In this document: positions 24,928-34,851 of the stretch, piece by piece
How the letters are laid out: every line of letters begins with the position of its first letter
How positions within the stretch are numbered: position 1 is the stretch's first letter
DNA from: Candidatus Kapaibacterium sp.
GTDB lineage: Bacteria; Patescibacteriota; Patescibacteriia; UBA9934
Direction: 5' to 3'
Assembly: GCA_044350705.1 (NCBI GenBank)
Contig: JBILHA010000001.1
Span: forward strand, 355,431 to 419,430
Length of the DNA: 64,000 bases
Notes under the pieces: model-generated
The model's database searches: none
The model's input: the letters and a program-made list of their open reading frames with translations, nothing else
What the model was told of the DNA's origin: nothing
Made by a program: the position numbers and the translations under genes

Positions 24928-26055
24928 ATGTCGCGCATTCTTCTTCCCACTCCTGATGCGCCTCCAAAACGCGGTGGTGTTGCGCGGTATATTGGCGCCA
25001 TTCTCCGTGCACGACGTGATGTCGATGTACATGTTCTTTCAGATCGTGAGGGAACATTGGGAACGCTCCTTTTTCTCATGCAGTATTTGCGAGCGCATGA
25101 TGACGTGAGGGAGATTTGGACGCATCATGTTCTTCCCGTGGGAACGGCTTGTTTTTTTCTTTCGTTTTTTCTGGGTTGTTTTCGTAGATCGGTTCCTTCG
25201 TATACGGTGTTTTTGCATGGACTCGATTTTGATATGGCACGGAGGAATGCGTGGAAGCGATGGCTTACGCGATGTATTTTGCGTCGAGCTCGTGCCATTG
25301 TTGTAAATTCGGAAGGCCTTCGTGCTGAAGTGGAAGCGTTTTCTGGTCGGAATGACGTAGGCGTTCTTTATCCTTGCGTCGCGCAAGAACTTGTTGACGC
25401 TTCTGAGCATACGCGCAAAGGCCTTGTACACCGTACGCCTGAAGAGTTGGCGAAGCTTCTTGCTTCGGCGCTTGCGACAACAGCCGGTGTAGGTATTTCT
25501 TCATCAACAACGCATGCGAATGGCCCTGTTCGTTTGCTTACGGTTGCTCGCTTGGTTGCGCGCAAGGGGCATGAGAAGGTTTTGCGAGCTCTGTCACGCG
25601 TTCCGCGCGTTGCTTATACCATTGTGGGTGATGGCCCTGAGCTGGATCATCTTCGAAATATTGCGGAAGATGAGGGAGTAATTGATCGAGTGCAATTCCT
25701 CACGGAAATTTCTGATGAAGAGCTTCCTGCGCTTTACGTTGCGCATGACATTTTTGTTATGCCGACAACAAAGCATGCGTATGATCGCGAAGGTTTTGGT
25801 ATTGCCTATGCTGAAGCTGGACTCTTTGGTTTGCCATGTATCGCCACAGATATTTCCGGTGTGAATGAGGTCATTGAAGATGGAATTACCGGAATGCTTA
25901 TTTCTGATACGCCTGATGCCCTTGTTTCTGCGCTCACTCGTTTGGTTGAGTCACCCGGGCTCCGTTCTCGCATGGGTACCGCCGCCCGTGTGCGTGTTTT
26001 GGCGCATTTTACCGAAGCATGTTTTCGTGAGCGTCTCGCTCGTCTGCTTGCCTGA
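24928..26055 (+). CDS. glycosyltransferase family 4
   Basis: C-terminal EGFGIAYAEAGLFGLPCIATDISGVNEVIEDGITGMLI (E-X7-E GT4 motif). Confidence 0.8.
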   Translation: MSRILLPTPDAPPKRGGVARYIGAILRARRDVDVHVLSDREGTLGTLLFLMQYLRAHDDVREIWTHHVLPVGTACFFLSFFLGCFRRSVPSYTVFLHGLDFDMARRNAWKRWLTRCILRRARAIVVNSEGLRAEVEAFSGRNDVGVLYPCVAQELVDASEHTRKGLVHRTPEELAKLLASALATTAGVGISSSTTHANGPVRLLTVARLVARKGHEKVLRALSRVPRVAYTIVGDGPELDHLRNIAEDEGVIDRVQFLTEISDEELPALYVAHDIFVMPTTKHAYDREGFGIAYAEAGLFGLPCIATDISGVNEVIEDGITGMLISDTPDALVSALTRLVESPGLRSRMGTAARVRVLAHFTEACFRERLARLLA

Positions 26056-26100
26056 TGTTCATTTTTTTGATACGCTTTTGTCCCCTTTTGGAGGTGTGGA

Positions 26101-26361
26101 TTGTGGATCTCGCGTGTATGCTTCGCTCTGGCCGCTGTTTACTTTCTCTTCTTCTTGCTTTGTTCTTTTTGGGGTGATGCGTTCGCTGCGCTTATTCTCC
26201 GGGGAGGTGCGCATCGGACTCACTTTCTTGTGCTTTGGGAAGTGAGTGAGAGGATGGTGACTGTATTTGCGGTTCTCTCGCTCATCTTCGGCTCGTTCGC
26301 GGGCCTGTTCGCCATCATTGAGGCTGTCGTTCGGCCTCGTCGGACCGGATATTTGGGCTAA
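26101..26361 (+). CDS. candidate small 3-TM membrane protein in the glycan cluster (TTG start)
   Basis: SD ggaggtg lies 5 nt before TTG. The ORF is hydrophobic and 86 aa long. Confidence 0.3.
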   Translation: MWISRVCFALAAVYFLFFLLCSFWGDAFAALILRGGAHRTHFLVLWEVSERMVTVFAVLSLIFGSFAGLFAIIEAVVRPRRTGYLG

Positions 26362-26372
26362 GGGCTCAATTC

Positions 26373-27191
26373 TTGGTCGTTTTCTCGCGACGTTGGTTGA
26401 GTGCATTCGTGCGCTCCCAGCGTCGCTGTTCTTTTTTTTATGCTTTGCTACACTTTAAGAAATATTCTGTGATTCCTCATCTTGTTTCAGTCATTATTCC
26501 TGCATATAACCATGCGTCAGCGCTTCCTAAGTGTTTGATGCATGTTTTTGCGCAGACATATCAGCCTTTTGAGGTGATTGTCATTGATGATGGATCGACC
26601 GATGAAACTGCTGCAGCAGTGAAGCCTTTTTTAGAGAAGATTACGTATATCCGGCAGGAGAATGCAGGAGCAAATCCTGCGCGTAATCGAGGGTGGAAAG
26701 AAGCAAGGGGAGAATTTCTTCTTTTTTGCGATGCAGATGTGGTTATGCGTCCGGAGATGATTGAAAAGATGGTGCATACGCTCCGAGCGCATCCTGAAGC
26801 GGGATACGCGTACTCTTCTTTTAAATTCGGATGGAAGCGTTTTCCTGGTGCGGCATGGAATCCGGAGCTTCTGCGTCGGGTCAATATTGCGCACACGACG
26901 TCGCTTATTCGTGCATCCGATTTTCCTGGGTTTGATGAAAAAATTAAGCGTTTTCAAGATTGGGATGTGTGGCTCACGATGCTTGGAGCAGGGAAGAGGG
27001 GGGTTATGATTCCTGAAGAATTGTTTGTTGCAGAAATTCACGGGGTATCACGTCTGGGGTCGTCATGGCTTCCTAAGGTCGCGTATAGCATTCCCTGGGA
27101 GAAGATTGGATGGATGCCAAAGCGTATTGCAAAGTATCGTGCGGCGCGAGAGGTCATCGCGCAAAAGCATGGACTTATTTCCCGTTTTTAA
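26373..27191 (+). CDS. glycosyltransferase family 2
   Basis: VSVIIPAYNHASALPKCLMHVFAQTYQPFEVIVIDDGSTDET. The true start is possibly GTG near 26469. Confidence 0.75.
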   Translation: MVVFSRRWLSAFVRSQRRCSFFYALLHFKKYSVIPHLVSVIIPAYNHASALPKCLMHVFAQTYQPFEVIVIDDGSTDETAAAVKPFLEKITYIRQENAGANPARNRGWKEARGEFLLFCDADVVMRPEMIEKMVHTLRAHPEAGYAYSSFKFGWKRFPGAAWNPELLRRVNIAHTTSLIRASDFPGFDEKIKRFQDWDVWLTMLGAGKRGVMIPEELFVAEIHGVSRLGSSWLPKVAYSIPWEKIGWMPKRIAKYRAAREVIAQKHGLISRF

Positions 27192-27192
27192 T

Positions 27193-28062
27193 ATGGACGT
27201 CTCCATCATTACCATTACCTATAAAAATACCCCCGAAGTTCTTCGGGCGTGTTTTGAAAGTATTGCGAAGAGTCGAGGAGTATCGTGGGAATTCATTGTG
27301 ATTGATAACGCGGGGGACGCGCAGACCATCACCAAAGTTTCTGAGCTCATTCCTAAAGCTACCTGCATTATCAACCAGGAGAATAAAGGGTTTGCAGCAG
27401 CCGTGAATCAGGGGTTGCGTGCTGCGCAAGGGAAATACATCCTTCTTCTTAATCCTGATACCTCTTTTGCTCCAGAAGTGCTTGAACGCATGTTTGCGCA
27501 TATGGAGGCGTCTCCTGAGGTTGCTATTGGAAGCTCAATTATTCGTTATCCCGACGGAACACTGCAAGAAAGTATCCGGAGATTTCCGACGCTTAGCGAC
27601 CAACTTGCGATCTTATTGAAATTGCCACATATTTTGCGACGCAATGGTTTGTTGGATACCTACATGATGCGTGATAAGGATCCCCTTGCTACGCAGGATG
27701 TCGATTCCATTATGGGTGCATTCATGTGGATTCGACGAGAAGCTCTTGAGCAAGTAGGGCCATTTGATGAGCGATACTTTATTTGGTTTGAAGAGGTGGA
27801 TTACTGCAGGATGGCGGTAGACAAGGGGTGGAAGGTCCGTCACTTTGCTGATGTTGAGATTTTTCACCACAAGGGGGTAAGTTTCTCTACAGTCGGCTTC
27901 CTGAGAAAGCAAAAATGGATTCGGCAAAGTATGCGTAAATACTTTTGGAAGCATGAAGGATTTTTTGCATGGCTTCTTCTTTTTCTTCTTGCGCCTTTTT
28001 TCATTCTTTTGTCGTATATCGGTGTTCTTGCTCTCGTGCTGAAGAAGCGTTTTACTCTATGA
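27193..28062 (+). CDS. glycosyltransferase family 2
   Basis: MDVSIITITYKNTPEVL...EFIVIDNAGDAQT...DEVDYCRMAV. The ATG overlaps the upstream stop (TAATATG). Confidence 0.75.
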   Translation: MDVSIITITYKNTPEVLRACFESIAKSRGVSWEFIVIDNAGDAQTITKVSELIPKATCIINQENKGFAAAVNQGLRAAQGKYILLLNPDTSFAPEVLERMFAHMEASPEVAIGSSIIRYPDGTLQESIRRFPTLSDQLAILLKLPHILRRNGLLDTYMMRDKDPLATQDVDSIMGAFMWIRREALEQVGPFDERYFIWFEEVDYCRMAVDKGWKVRHFADVEIFHHKGVSFSTVGFLRKQKWIRQSMRKYFWKHEGFFAWLLLFLLAPFFILLSYIGVLALVLKKRFTL

Positions 28063-28763
28063 TTTTTCCTGAAGAGGTGGGAAACGTGGTGAAGAAATAT
28101 GATGCTTCGTTTCGAGATGTAGGAACGGTTTTTTTGCAGTATGTTGATCGTGCCCTTACTCCTTCATCGGTTTTAGTTGATGTAGGGTGTGGACGTACGA
28201 GTTATGGTGCTCACGTTTATCAAAAAGCCGCGAGAAGAATCGGCCTTGATGTGGATGTGTATGCAAAAGAAAATCCGCTCATGGATGAAGTGGTGATCAT
28301 GCAAGATGATTACTTTCCTCTTCCTGATGCAAGTGTTGATGTGGTGACGGCGCAGTGGGTTGTAGAGCATGTAAAGCATCCTGATATTTTTCTTTCTGAA
28401 ATTCACCGCGTGCTTCGCAAAGACGGAGTATTCATTTTTATGACCACAAATATCCGATCGCCGATTATGTGGCTGACTTCTTTTTTTTCTACGCATATGA
28501 AGTCCCGTTTTCGTTCGCGGATTCTTGGATATGCGCCAGATGAAACGTTTGAGACGGCGTATGCTATGAATACTCCCGAAGATTTGCATCGTCTTGCTGT
28601 AGAACATGGTTTTACCATTGAGGCTTTGGATCGTATTGAGTCGTACGGATATTTCCGCTTCTCTTTTATTGTGCTTTGGTTATATATTCAGTGGGCAAAG
28701 CTTCTTCGCTCCATCGTCCATGATCGAGAAATGCATCTCGTGGGGGTATTAAAGAAAATGTGA
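28059..28763 (+). CDS. class I SAM-dependent methyltransferase
   Basis: VLVDVGCGRTSYG (motif I) ...VDVVTAQWVVEHVKHPDIFLSEIHRVLRKDGVFIF. The ATGA overlaps the upstream stop. Confidence 0.7.
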   Translation: MIFPEEVGNVVKKYDASFRDVGTVFLQYVDRALTPSSVLVDVGCGRTSYGAHVYQKAARRIGLDVDVYAKENPLMDEVVIMQDDYFPLPDASVDVVTAQWVVEHVKHPDIFLSEIHRVLRKDGVFIFMTTNIRSPIMWLTSFFSTHMKSRFRSRILGYAPDETFETAYAMNTPEDLHRLAVEHGFTIEALDRIESYGYFRFSFIVLWLYIQWAKLLRSIVHDREMHLVGVLKKM

Positions 28764-30412
28764 GTATGTCTTCTGCGTCTTCATCTCTTGTCCCACAATT
28801 TCTCTCTAAAAATGCTTGGTCTATTTTAGGAATAACCGCGTTGTTTCATTTTCTTGCGGCAGTGGTTCTTCACCATGTGGCAAGTTTTGCGGTGCTTGGC
28901 ATTGTGGGGGTGGTGGTATTTTTGTTGACCATGCGGCGTCTTGAAGTGGGGCTGTGTATTGCGCTTTTTGAAATTGTCGTTGGAGCGCACGGTCACCTCG
29001 TGACACTGGCCTATCATGGCATTCCGCTTTCTTTGCGCATGGTCATTTTTCTTGCGGTTATGGGTGGGTGGTTGGTGGGAGTTCTTCAGAGAAAATGGCA
29101 TATCCGTTTTGTTGCCATGCGCGATGTTCCGTTTCTGGCGCTTGTGATTGCTGTTTTTTACGGCGTACTTCGGGGAGTAACTTTAGGAAATGATTACGTA
29201 AGCCTTCTTGATGATGCGAATTCATTCGTCGTTTTGGCATATCTTTTGCCTCTCGCTTCCGTCGTGTGGAATCAGGAGCATAAGCGATTATTTTTGACGA
29301 CGTTTTTTACCGGTGTTTTGTGGATTTCTCTTTTTACTTTTGCGCTTACGTACGTATTTACGCACATTTCTCCTGAGCGCATTTGGGACATGTATGTTTT
29401 AGTGAGGGATACTCGTATGTTTGAGGTGACGCTTCTTTCCGGTCCCGTGTGGATGACGGATACCTTTTATGGTGGCGATTGGTTCTTTCGGGTGTTTTCT
29501 CAGGCGCATATTTTTGCTCCGATTTATCTTTTGCTCCTTACTTCTTGCTTACTGTTCTTACGTCATGGAAAAGAAGAGCGTGTACCCATTTGGATGTGGG
29601 TATGGTACGCCTGTTTCTTTGGAGCGTTTCTTCAAAGTCTTTCCCGAAGTTTCTTGGTAGGTTTTGCTGCGGGTGGTGTGACGCTGTTTGGGTTTTGGCT
29701 CCTTGGGGGGAAGACGTCGTGGCAAAGATGGGGAGCGGTCGCTCGGAAAAAGCTGGCAATTGTTGGATCGTTTCTTCTTGCGGCGGGAATGCTGTGGGTG
29801 CTTATTTCCTTTCCTTTCCCTCAGCGTCCCGATCTTACGACGTCACCCTTTTATCGAGGTGATCATGACAACACTCGTGCTCTTGCGGTGAGCAGCCGTT
29901 GGAATATGCTCGATCCTCTTATGGAGGCTATTGCGACTTCTCCTACTTTTGGGCTTGGATTTGGAAAAGAGCTCGCGTATATCTCTGATGACCCTCGTAT
30001 CCGTGAGATGACGGGAGGAACGGGAGCACTCACGACGTATCGTTTTGAATGGGGATTTTTGGATGTTTGGTTGAAGATGGGTGTCCTTGGTATTGTTGCG
30101 TATGCGTGGATCTTCACTGCGCTCGTTGGTCAGGTGCTTAAAAATATTCGTACTCAAGGGTTTTGGTCTTTTACTACGCTGCGTGAGCATTGGCTGGAGA
30201 TCGGTCTTGCAAGTGGCGTGGTCTTCCTGTTTGTCACTCATGTGTTTACGCCGTACCTGAATCATCCGATTGGATTGTTTTTCCTCCTGCTCGTCGCGTT
30301 CTTTCTTCAGTGGCGAAGCGAGCGTGTTGTCCCTGAACAAGTTCAGACAAACAAAAAACAACTTCTTTCATTTAAGAAGTTGTCTGTTGGTGCGGTTACC
30401 CGCGAAAGATAG
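28760..30412 (+). CDS. O-antigen ligase/polymerase-like (Wzy_C) polytopic membrane protein
   Basis: About 12 TM helices. FGAFLQSLSRSFLVGFAAGGV resembles the Wzy_C core. Confidence 0.6.
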   Translation: MSMSSASSSLVPQFLSKNAWSILGITALFHFLAAVVLHHVASFAVLGIVGVVVFLLTMRRLEVGLCIALFEIVVGAHGHLVTLAYHGIPLSLRMVIFLAVMGGWLVGVLQRKWHIRFVAMRDVPFLALVIAVFYGVLRGVTLGNDYVSLLDDANSFVVLAYLLPLASVVWNQEHKRLFLTTFFTGVLWISLFTFALTYVFTHISPERIWDMYVLVRDTRMFEVTLLSGPVWMTDTFYGGDWFFRVFSQAHIFAPIYLLLLTSCLLFLRHGKEERVPIWMWVWYACFFGAFLQSLSRSFLVGFAAGGVTLFGFWLLGGKTSWQRWGAVARKKLAIVGSFLLAAGMLWVLISFPFPQRPDLTTSPFYRGDHDNTRALAVSSRWNMLDPLMEAIATSPTFGLGFGKELAYISDDPRIREMTGGTGALTTYRFEWGFLDVWLKMGVLGIVAYAWIFTALVGQVLKNIRTQGFWSFTTLREHWLEIGLASGVVFLFVTHVFTPYLNHPIGLFFLLLVAFFLQWRSERVVPEQVQTNKKQLLSFKKLSVGAVTRER

Positions 30413-30413
30413 T

Positions 30414-30794
30414 TTATTTCTCGCACGCTATTTCCGATGCGGTGATGCCGGTAATCACTGACGGCTTATTTGGCATGAGCGGATCGGGGTATCCGGTGAT
30501 TTTGTCTTCTTCAATGAGGAAGTATGCACCATCCGCATATGTTGCTCGCGTAAAGTTTTCTCGCATCCATACGATTGTTTTTTCGGGATTCGCATTTTCT
30601 TTATCGGTGATGGTAATCGTTCCCTGTACGCCGAAATATTCTTCTTCTGGGCTGGCGGTATCGTATGCGATGATCATGCGGGTGTTTTCTGGATCGTTGT
30701 CAATTTCGTAGCAACGATGTACTTGTGTCGTTGATGAGGAGCATCCTGCGCCGGCGAGGAGCAGGATGCTGAAGATACTCATGACGTTGCGCAT
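30414..30794 (-). CDS. lipoprotein, function unknown
   Basis: Lipobox LLAGAGC. Confidence 0.5.
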   Translation of the reverse strand: MRNVMSIFSILLLAGAGCSSSTTQVHRCYEIDNDPENTRMIIAYDTASPEEEYFGVQGTITITDKENANPEKTIVWMRENFTRATYADGAYFLIEEDKITGYPDPLMPNKPSVITGITASEIACEK

Positions 30795-31723
30795 ATTTTT
30801 TTTGGATTATTTCCCTGGAGATATTCTTTTGCACTCATTTCTTTTTTTGTTGCTGGTTGGAGTCGATGGATCGCGAGCGTTTTTTTCGGTGTTCCTATGA
30901 GTAGTGTTTCCTCTTTTTTCTTGCATACACCGGCTGGAATACTCTCCTCTTCACTTGTCGCCGCAAGAATTTTGATTTCTTGTTTGCTCCCATCTTCCAT
31001 TTCGAGACTTATGCGTACTCCGGGCCACGGCATGTATGCGCGTACTTTTCGTTCTATTTCGTCTGCAGTGTGTAGTTCGTTGATGATGCCGTCGGTTTTG
31101 TTGAGCAGCTTGCAGTAGGTTGCGTGCTCGTGGCGCTGTTCCTGAGGCTGTGAAGTGCCTTCAGCGAGTTTTTTGAGCTCCTGGGTGAGTAAGGGAGCTC
31201 CTTCTTTCACAACGCGCTCTGTGAGCGTTTGCAGCGTTTCCTTTTCTGCGAGTGTAAAGCGCGTTTGCGCCAGAAGAGGGCCGTGATCCATTTCGGCATC
31301 AATGAGCATGATGCTTATGCCTGTTTCTTTGTCGCCATTTGCAAGAGCTGCTTGCATCGGGCTTGGTCCACGCCAGAGGGGGAGGAGCGAAGGGTGGACG
31401 TTCACATTCCCTAATTTTGCGAGTTCAAGAAGAGGCTGGGGAATAATACGGCCATACGCAACAATGACAAACGCATCTGCTCCAAGATTTTTGAGCGATT
31501 CTGCAAAGGCGGGGTCTTTGAGTTTTGTCGGTTGAAAAACGGGGCGTTCAGGATGTTTTTCTTGAAAGAGGAGTTTTGTAGGAGGTGCGGTGATGATTTT
31601 TTTTCTTCCTACGGGCTCGTCGGGTTGGCAGACGAGCGCTACGACGTCAAAGTATGCATCCTCAAGAAGTGCTTGGAGAAAAGAGGCGGAAAACTGAGGG
31701 GTGCCAAAGTAGACGATGCGCAT
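30779..31723 (-). CDS. fmt: methionyl-tRNA formyltransferase
   Basis: MRIVYFGTPQFSA...HPSLLPLWRGPSPMQAAL. Confidence 0.85.
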   Translation of the reverse strand: MRIVYFGTPQFSASFLQALLEDAYFDVVALVCQPDEPVGRKKIITAPPTKLLFQEKHPERPVFQPTKLKDPAFAESLKNLGADAFVIVAYGRIIPQPLLELAKLGNVNVHPSLLPLWRGPSPMQAALANGDKETGISIMLIDAEMDHGPLLAQTRFTLAEKETLQTLTERVVKEGAPLLTQELKKLAEGTSQPQEQRHEHATYCKLLNKTDGIINELHTADEIERKVRAYMPWPGVRISLEMEDGSKQEIKILAATSEEESIPAGVCKKKEETLLIGTPKKTLAIHRLQPATKKEMSAKEYLQGNNPKKICATS

Positions 31724-31728
31724 ACAGC

Positions 31729-32208
31729 TTATCGGTATTTTTTGATTTTTTCTGCGCGATCAATAAATAAGATACCGTCTAAGTGGTCGATTTCATGTTG
31801 GAAGATAATGGCGGAAAGGTCGGTTACTTTGAGCGTTTCTTTTGCTCCTTCCTCGTTCCATACCTCTACGGTTACTCCTCGATGGCGTTTTACGATTCCT
31901 GAACATTCAGGAACGGATAAGCATCCTTCGGTGCTGTCTACCATTTTGAATGAGCGTTCCGTAATGACCGGATTAAAGAATCCTGATGGTCCACGGTCGG
32001 GAAGATCGACGATAATGACGCGTTTGTGTACGCCTACTTGAGGTGCGGCAATACCTACGCCATCTTCGAGTTTCATGGTTTCTTTGAGGTCGACAATGAG
32101 CTTCCGCATTTCTGGGGAAGTGATCGTGGAGGGATCGATGTCGTGCGAAACGGTACGCAAGCGATCATCTGGTTCGTGAAGAACGACTAAGTGAGACATA
32201 GGAGGCAT
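31729..32208 (-). CDS. def: peptide deformylase
   Basis: GIAAPQVG, EGCLSVPE and QHEIDHLDG motifs. Confidence 0.85.
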   Translation of the reverse strand: MPPMSHLVVLHEPDDRLRTVSHDIDPSTITSPEMRKLIVDLKETMKLEDGVGIAAPQVGVHKRVIIVDLPDRGPSGFFNPVITERSFKMVDSTEGCLSVPECSGIVKRHRGVTVEVWNEEGAKETLKVTDLSAIIFQHEIDHLDGILFIDRAEKIKKYR

Positions 32209-33865
32209 CGAGAATGAAAGAGGTTGAGGGGGGAGTCAGCGGGTTGCGGAGTGTTTGTTCTGAGGTTTTATAGATCGTTCCGAAGGGTGGGAGCAGATAC
32301 GCTCTTCGAACGCGAAGCTCTTCTTCGGTGACATATTTGGGGGCGACCAGTTCAGGAAGGCGTTCGGGGATCCATGTTTGGATGATGCACTCCGCTTTTT
32401 CTCGTTTTGCGAGATAAGCGAGACGGAGGAGTTGTCGCGAGGTATGTTCTGTTGCGCGAAAGTCTACGCTGCCTACGGGAAGATCGGCCATGAGATCTGC
32501 AACCAGTCCAAACGTATATCTGGTAAAAGGGACAAGGAGGTTTGCAAAGATATGTTCAGTAGCCACGATGATATTTGCAGTTTTCCAGCTCGTATCATTT
32601 TTCTTTTCTACAAATCCTACCGAAAGATGCGGGAAGAGTTTTTGCAGATCAGCAACGACTTTTTCTCCCCCTACCCCTACAAATTTCAGTTTAGGCTTTC
32701 CGCACAGGGGGCAGTTTTCTGGAATCCACATTTCTGTACCACAGCGGTCACAGATGAGATCTTCTGTGCGTACGGTGGGAAGATTCCCGCAGGTTCCACA
32801 AAGGGGTACCTGATCGCATGCCATGCACTGGAGGCGCTTGGCGGCTCCTTTCCTGTTTAAGAAGAGTAGCACCTTTTTTTGGCTTTGTGAAGCGGTTTTT
32901 ATTGATTCTACAAGCGTATTGGTGAGGAGGGGGTAGGGCGTTTTTTCTGTGCGGTTGGAAAGGGAGACGAACGTAGGCGCGAAGGGGATGGAAGGTGCGG
33001 TAAACCAAGATCCTTCCCCCGTATCTTCTATGCGGGGGAGGGCATCGATACTGATGTATTTTGCGCCTTGCTCGACTGCTAAGAGCTTTGCGGCTTCCCG
33101 GGGATCGAATTTTGGGTTTCTTCGAAGGTTCGCGTACTCATCATTTCCTGCTTGGAGCACGAGAATATGGGTGAGCGAGGGGGCGCTCCAGAGGGCGACT
33201 TGCTTTGTACCGATAAGAATCTCTATCCGGTTTTCCTTCCAGGCAAGAAAAGCTGCCGAACGGTCTTTTTCCTTTGTGCTTCCGGTAATGGCCTGAGTAT
33301 TTTTTGCCGTCAATGTTTTTTCGAGGATTTCCGCATCACGATCGCGGGGGACGAGAATAAGGAGTTGTTCGCCTTTCTTTAAGCGCTTTGCGATTGCCTG
33401 GGCTAAGAGGATCCCCGTTTCACTATCGCCCTGGAGGGCGCAGATCCCCTTCGTTGCTTCAACTACGGCCAGGTACTCTTTTGCGGTAGCGATTTCTTCC
33501 TGGGAAATAGAGGCCGAGGATGGAGATATTTTTTTGAGGGAGAGAGGGGGAGATTCGGAGAGATATTTGGGAATTGCTGCACAAAAAAGTGAGGAAGGTG
33601 ATTGTCCAATAAGGTGGGCAATCGTTTCTAGGCGGAGAATGTCCTGCGAGGTAAGAATGCCTTTCTTTTTTACTTTGGAGAGCGCGGCAAGTTTTTTTTG
33701 TGTACTCTCTTTTGCTATTCCTCGTACTACACCTTGGAGAGAGACCCCTCGAAAGGTGATATTTACCAGATCACCAATTTCAACCTCCATCCCCTGGGGA
33801 ATGTGGTAATCAAAAAAGGTAAAGCGTGCCGGAAGGCGAGTGAGCGGAATGACGTGTGCAATCAT
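32165..33865 (-). CDS. priA: primosomal protein N' (PriA)-like protein with degenerate helicase motifs
   Basis: Conserved def-fmt-priA neighbourhood. Cys-rich region CMACDQVPLCGTCG...CDRCG...CPLCG. By-eye alignment puts GDSETGIL where Walker A GxxGSGKT should be, QAGNDEY where DEEHD should be, and YLAKRE where GRAGR should be. Confidence 0.6.
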   Translation of the reverse strand: MIAHVIPLTRLPARFTFFDYHIPQGMEVEIGDLVNITFRGVSLQGVVRGIAKESTQKKLAALSKVKKKGILTSQDILRLETIAHLIGQSPSSLFCAAIPKYLSESPPLSLKKISPSSASISQEEIATAKEYLAVVEATKGICALQGDSETGILLAQAIAKRLKKGEQLLILVPRDRDAEILEKTLTAKNTQAITGSTKEKDRSAAFLAWKENRIEILIGTKQVALWSAPSLTHILVLQAGNDEYANLRRNPKFDPREAAKLLAVEQGAKYISIDALPRIEDTGEGSWFTAPSIPFAPTFVSLSNRTEKTPYPLLTNTLVESIKTASQSQKKVLLFLNRKGAAKRLQCMACDQVPLCGTCGNLPTVRTEDLICDRCGTEMWIPENCPLCGKPKLKFVGVGGEKVVADLQKLFPHLSVGFVEKKNDTSWKTANIIVATEHIFANLLVPFTRYTFGLVADLMADLPVGSVDFRATEHTSRQLLRLAYLAKREKAECIIQTWIPERLPELVAPKYVTEEELRVRRAYLLPPFGTIYKTSEQTLRNPLTPPSTSFILDASYVSLSRSSRTR

Positions 33866-34851
33866 GTGAATGTTGCCACAACATACCCTACGTTAAAGGG
33901 GGATTCAATGCTCAGGATTTCTGCACGCGAAGGGATGTTATCGAGGACGCCAAAGAGTGTCGCCAAGGGACGGTATGCGGCATCGTTTTGATGAGATTCA
34001 AGCTCCGGTTCAAGCTTGAGGAGCGAGGCAGTGCTTTTTTCTTCGAGAATAAGGCGAATATCCGCGAGGTGGGCGAGGGATACATCACCTGCCGCAATGA
34101 TTCCAATACGCTTTGGAGAGGAGATGATGCTTTGCTTGAGGATCATTCCTAGCTGATAGTGTTCTTTTGCATCGCAGGCTCCTGCGGTTGCAACCGGCAT
34201 GATGCGTATATGGGGTATGCGACGTGCAAGCGCCTCTAACGGGGCTGCACAGCCGTAGGGAAGCGAAGGTTCTGTGGTGAGGGTTATGGGAGCGTCATGA
34301 GAACGGGCTAATCGTTGGATGTTATCAATGAGAGAAAAATCCGGATGATAGGTTGCCTTTGGACTCAGGTCACCGAGTGCTTCCAGGTCCATGATGTAGG
34401 GATCTGCAACATCGAGACTTATTGCGTCATCGTATCCAAAACGTGATTGTGTAATGATGACGACAGTTTCTATTTTTCGCGCATACCATTCATCACTCAG
34501 GTGTTCGAGGGCTTCCTCGGTAGATTCAATTTCCGTACGGTGATTTTTGTTCACGGTGCGGAGAAGAAGTGGTGATGAGGGGACAAGCGCGGCTGCAGAA
34601 AGCATAGCGTGAGGAGTTTCCACGAAGACGTGGGGAGTGAGAGAAGGGGCGTGCGTTTCTTTAGTTTCCCGCGCTCTGGACGCCGTCAGCAATTGCCGCC
34701 TCAAGAGGCTCTCCCAGTGGATGGAGATTGAGGACGCTTTGAGGAACATCAATAATATTTGTCCACTGATATCCGAAAGAAGTGAATACGCTTTCGGAAG
34801 GAATTTCTCGTCGTTTTCCTTCGGAAACGACATATACCACGGGACTATCAA
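33862..34851 (-). CDS. MEMO1/AmmeMemoRadiSam-B-like protein (weak); start uncertain
   Basis: ETPHAM near the N-terminus and C-terminal FNVGYVVATF resemble Memo-family hallmarks. The ORF overlaps the upstream gene by 190 nt unless it starts at a later Met. Confidence 0.4.
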   Translation of the reverse strand: MIVPWYMSFPKENDEKFLPKAYSLLSDISGQILLMFLKASSISIHWESLLRRQLLTASRARETKETHAPSLTPHVFVETPHAMLSAAALVPSSPLLLRTVNKNHRTEIESTEEALEHLSDEWYARKIETVVIITQSRFGYDDAISLDVADPYIMDLEALGDLSPKATYHPDFSLIDNIQRLARSHDAPITLTTEPSLPYGCAAPLEALARRIPHIRIMPVATAGACDAKEHYQLGMILKQSIISSPKRIGIIAAGDVSLAHLADIRLILEEKSTASLLKLEPELESHQNDAAYRPLATLFGVLDNIPSRAEILSIESPFNVGYVVATFT

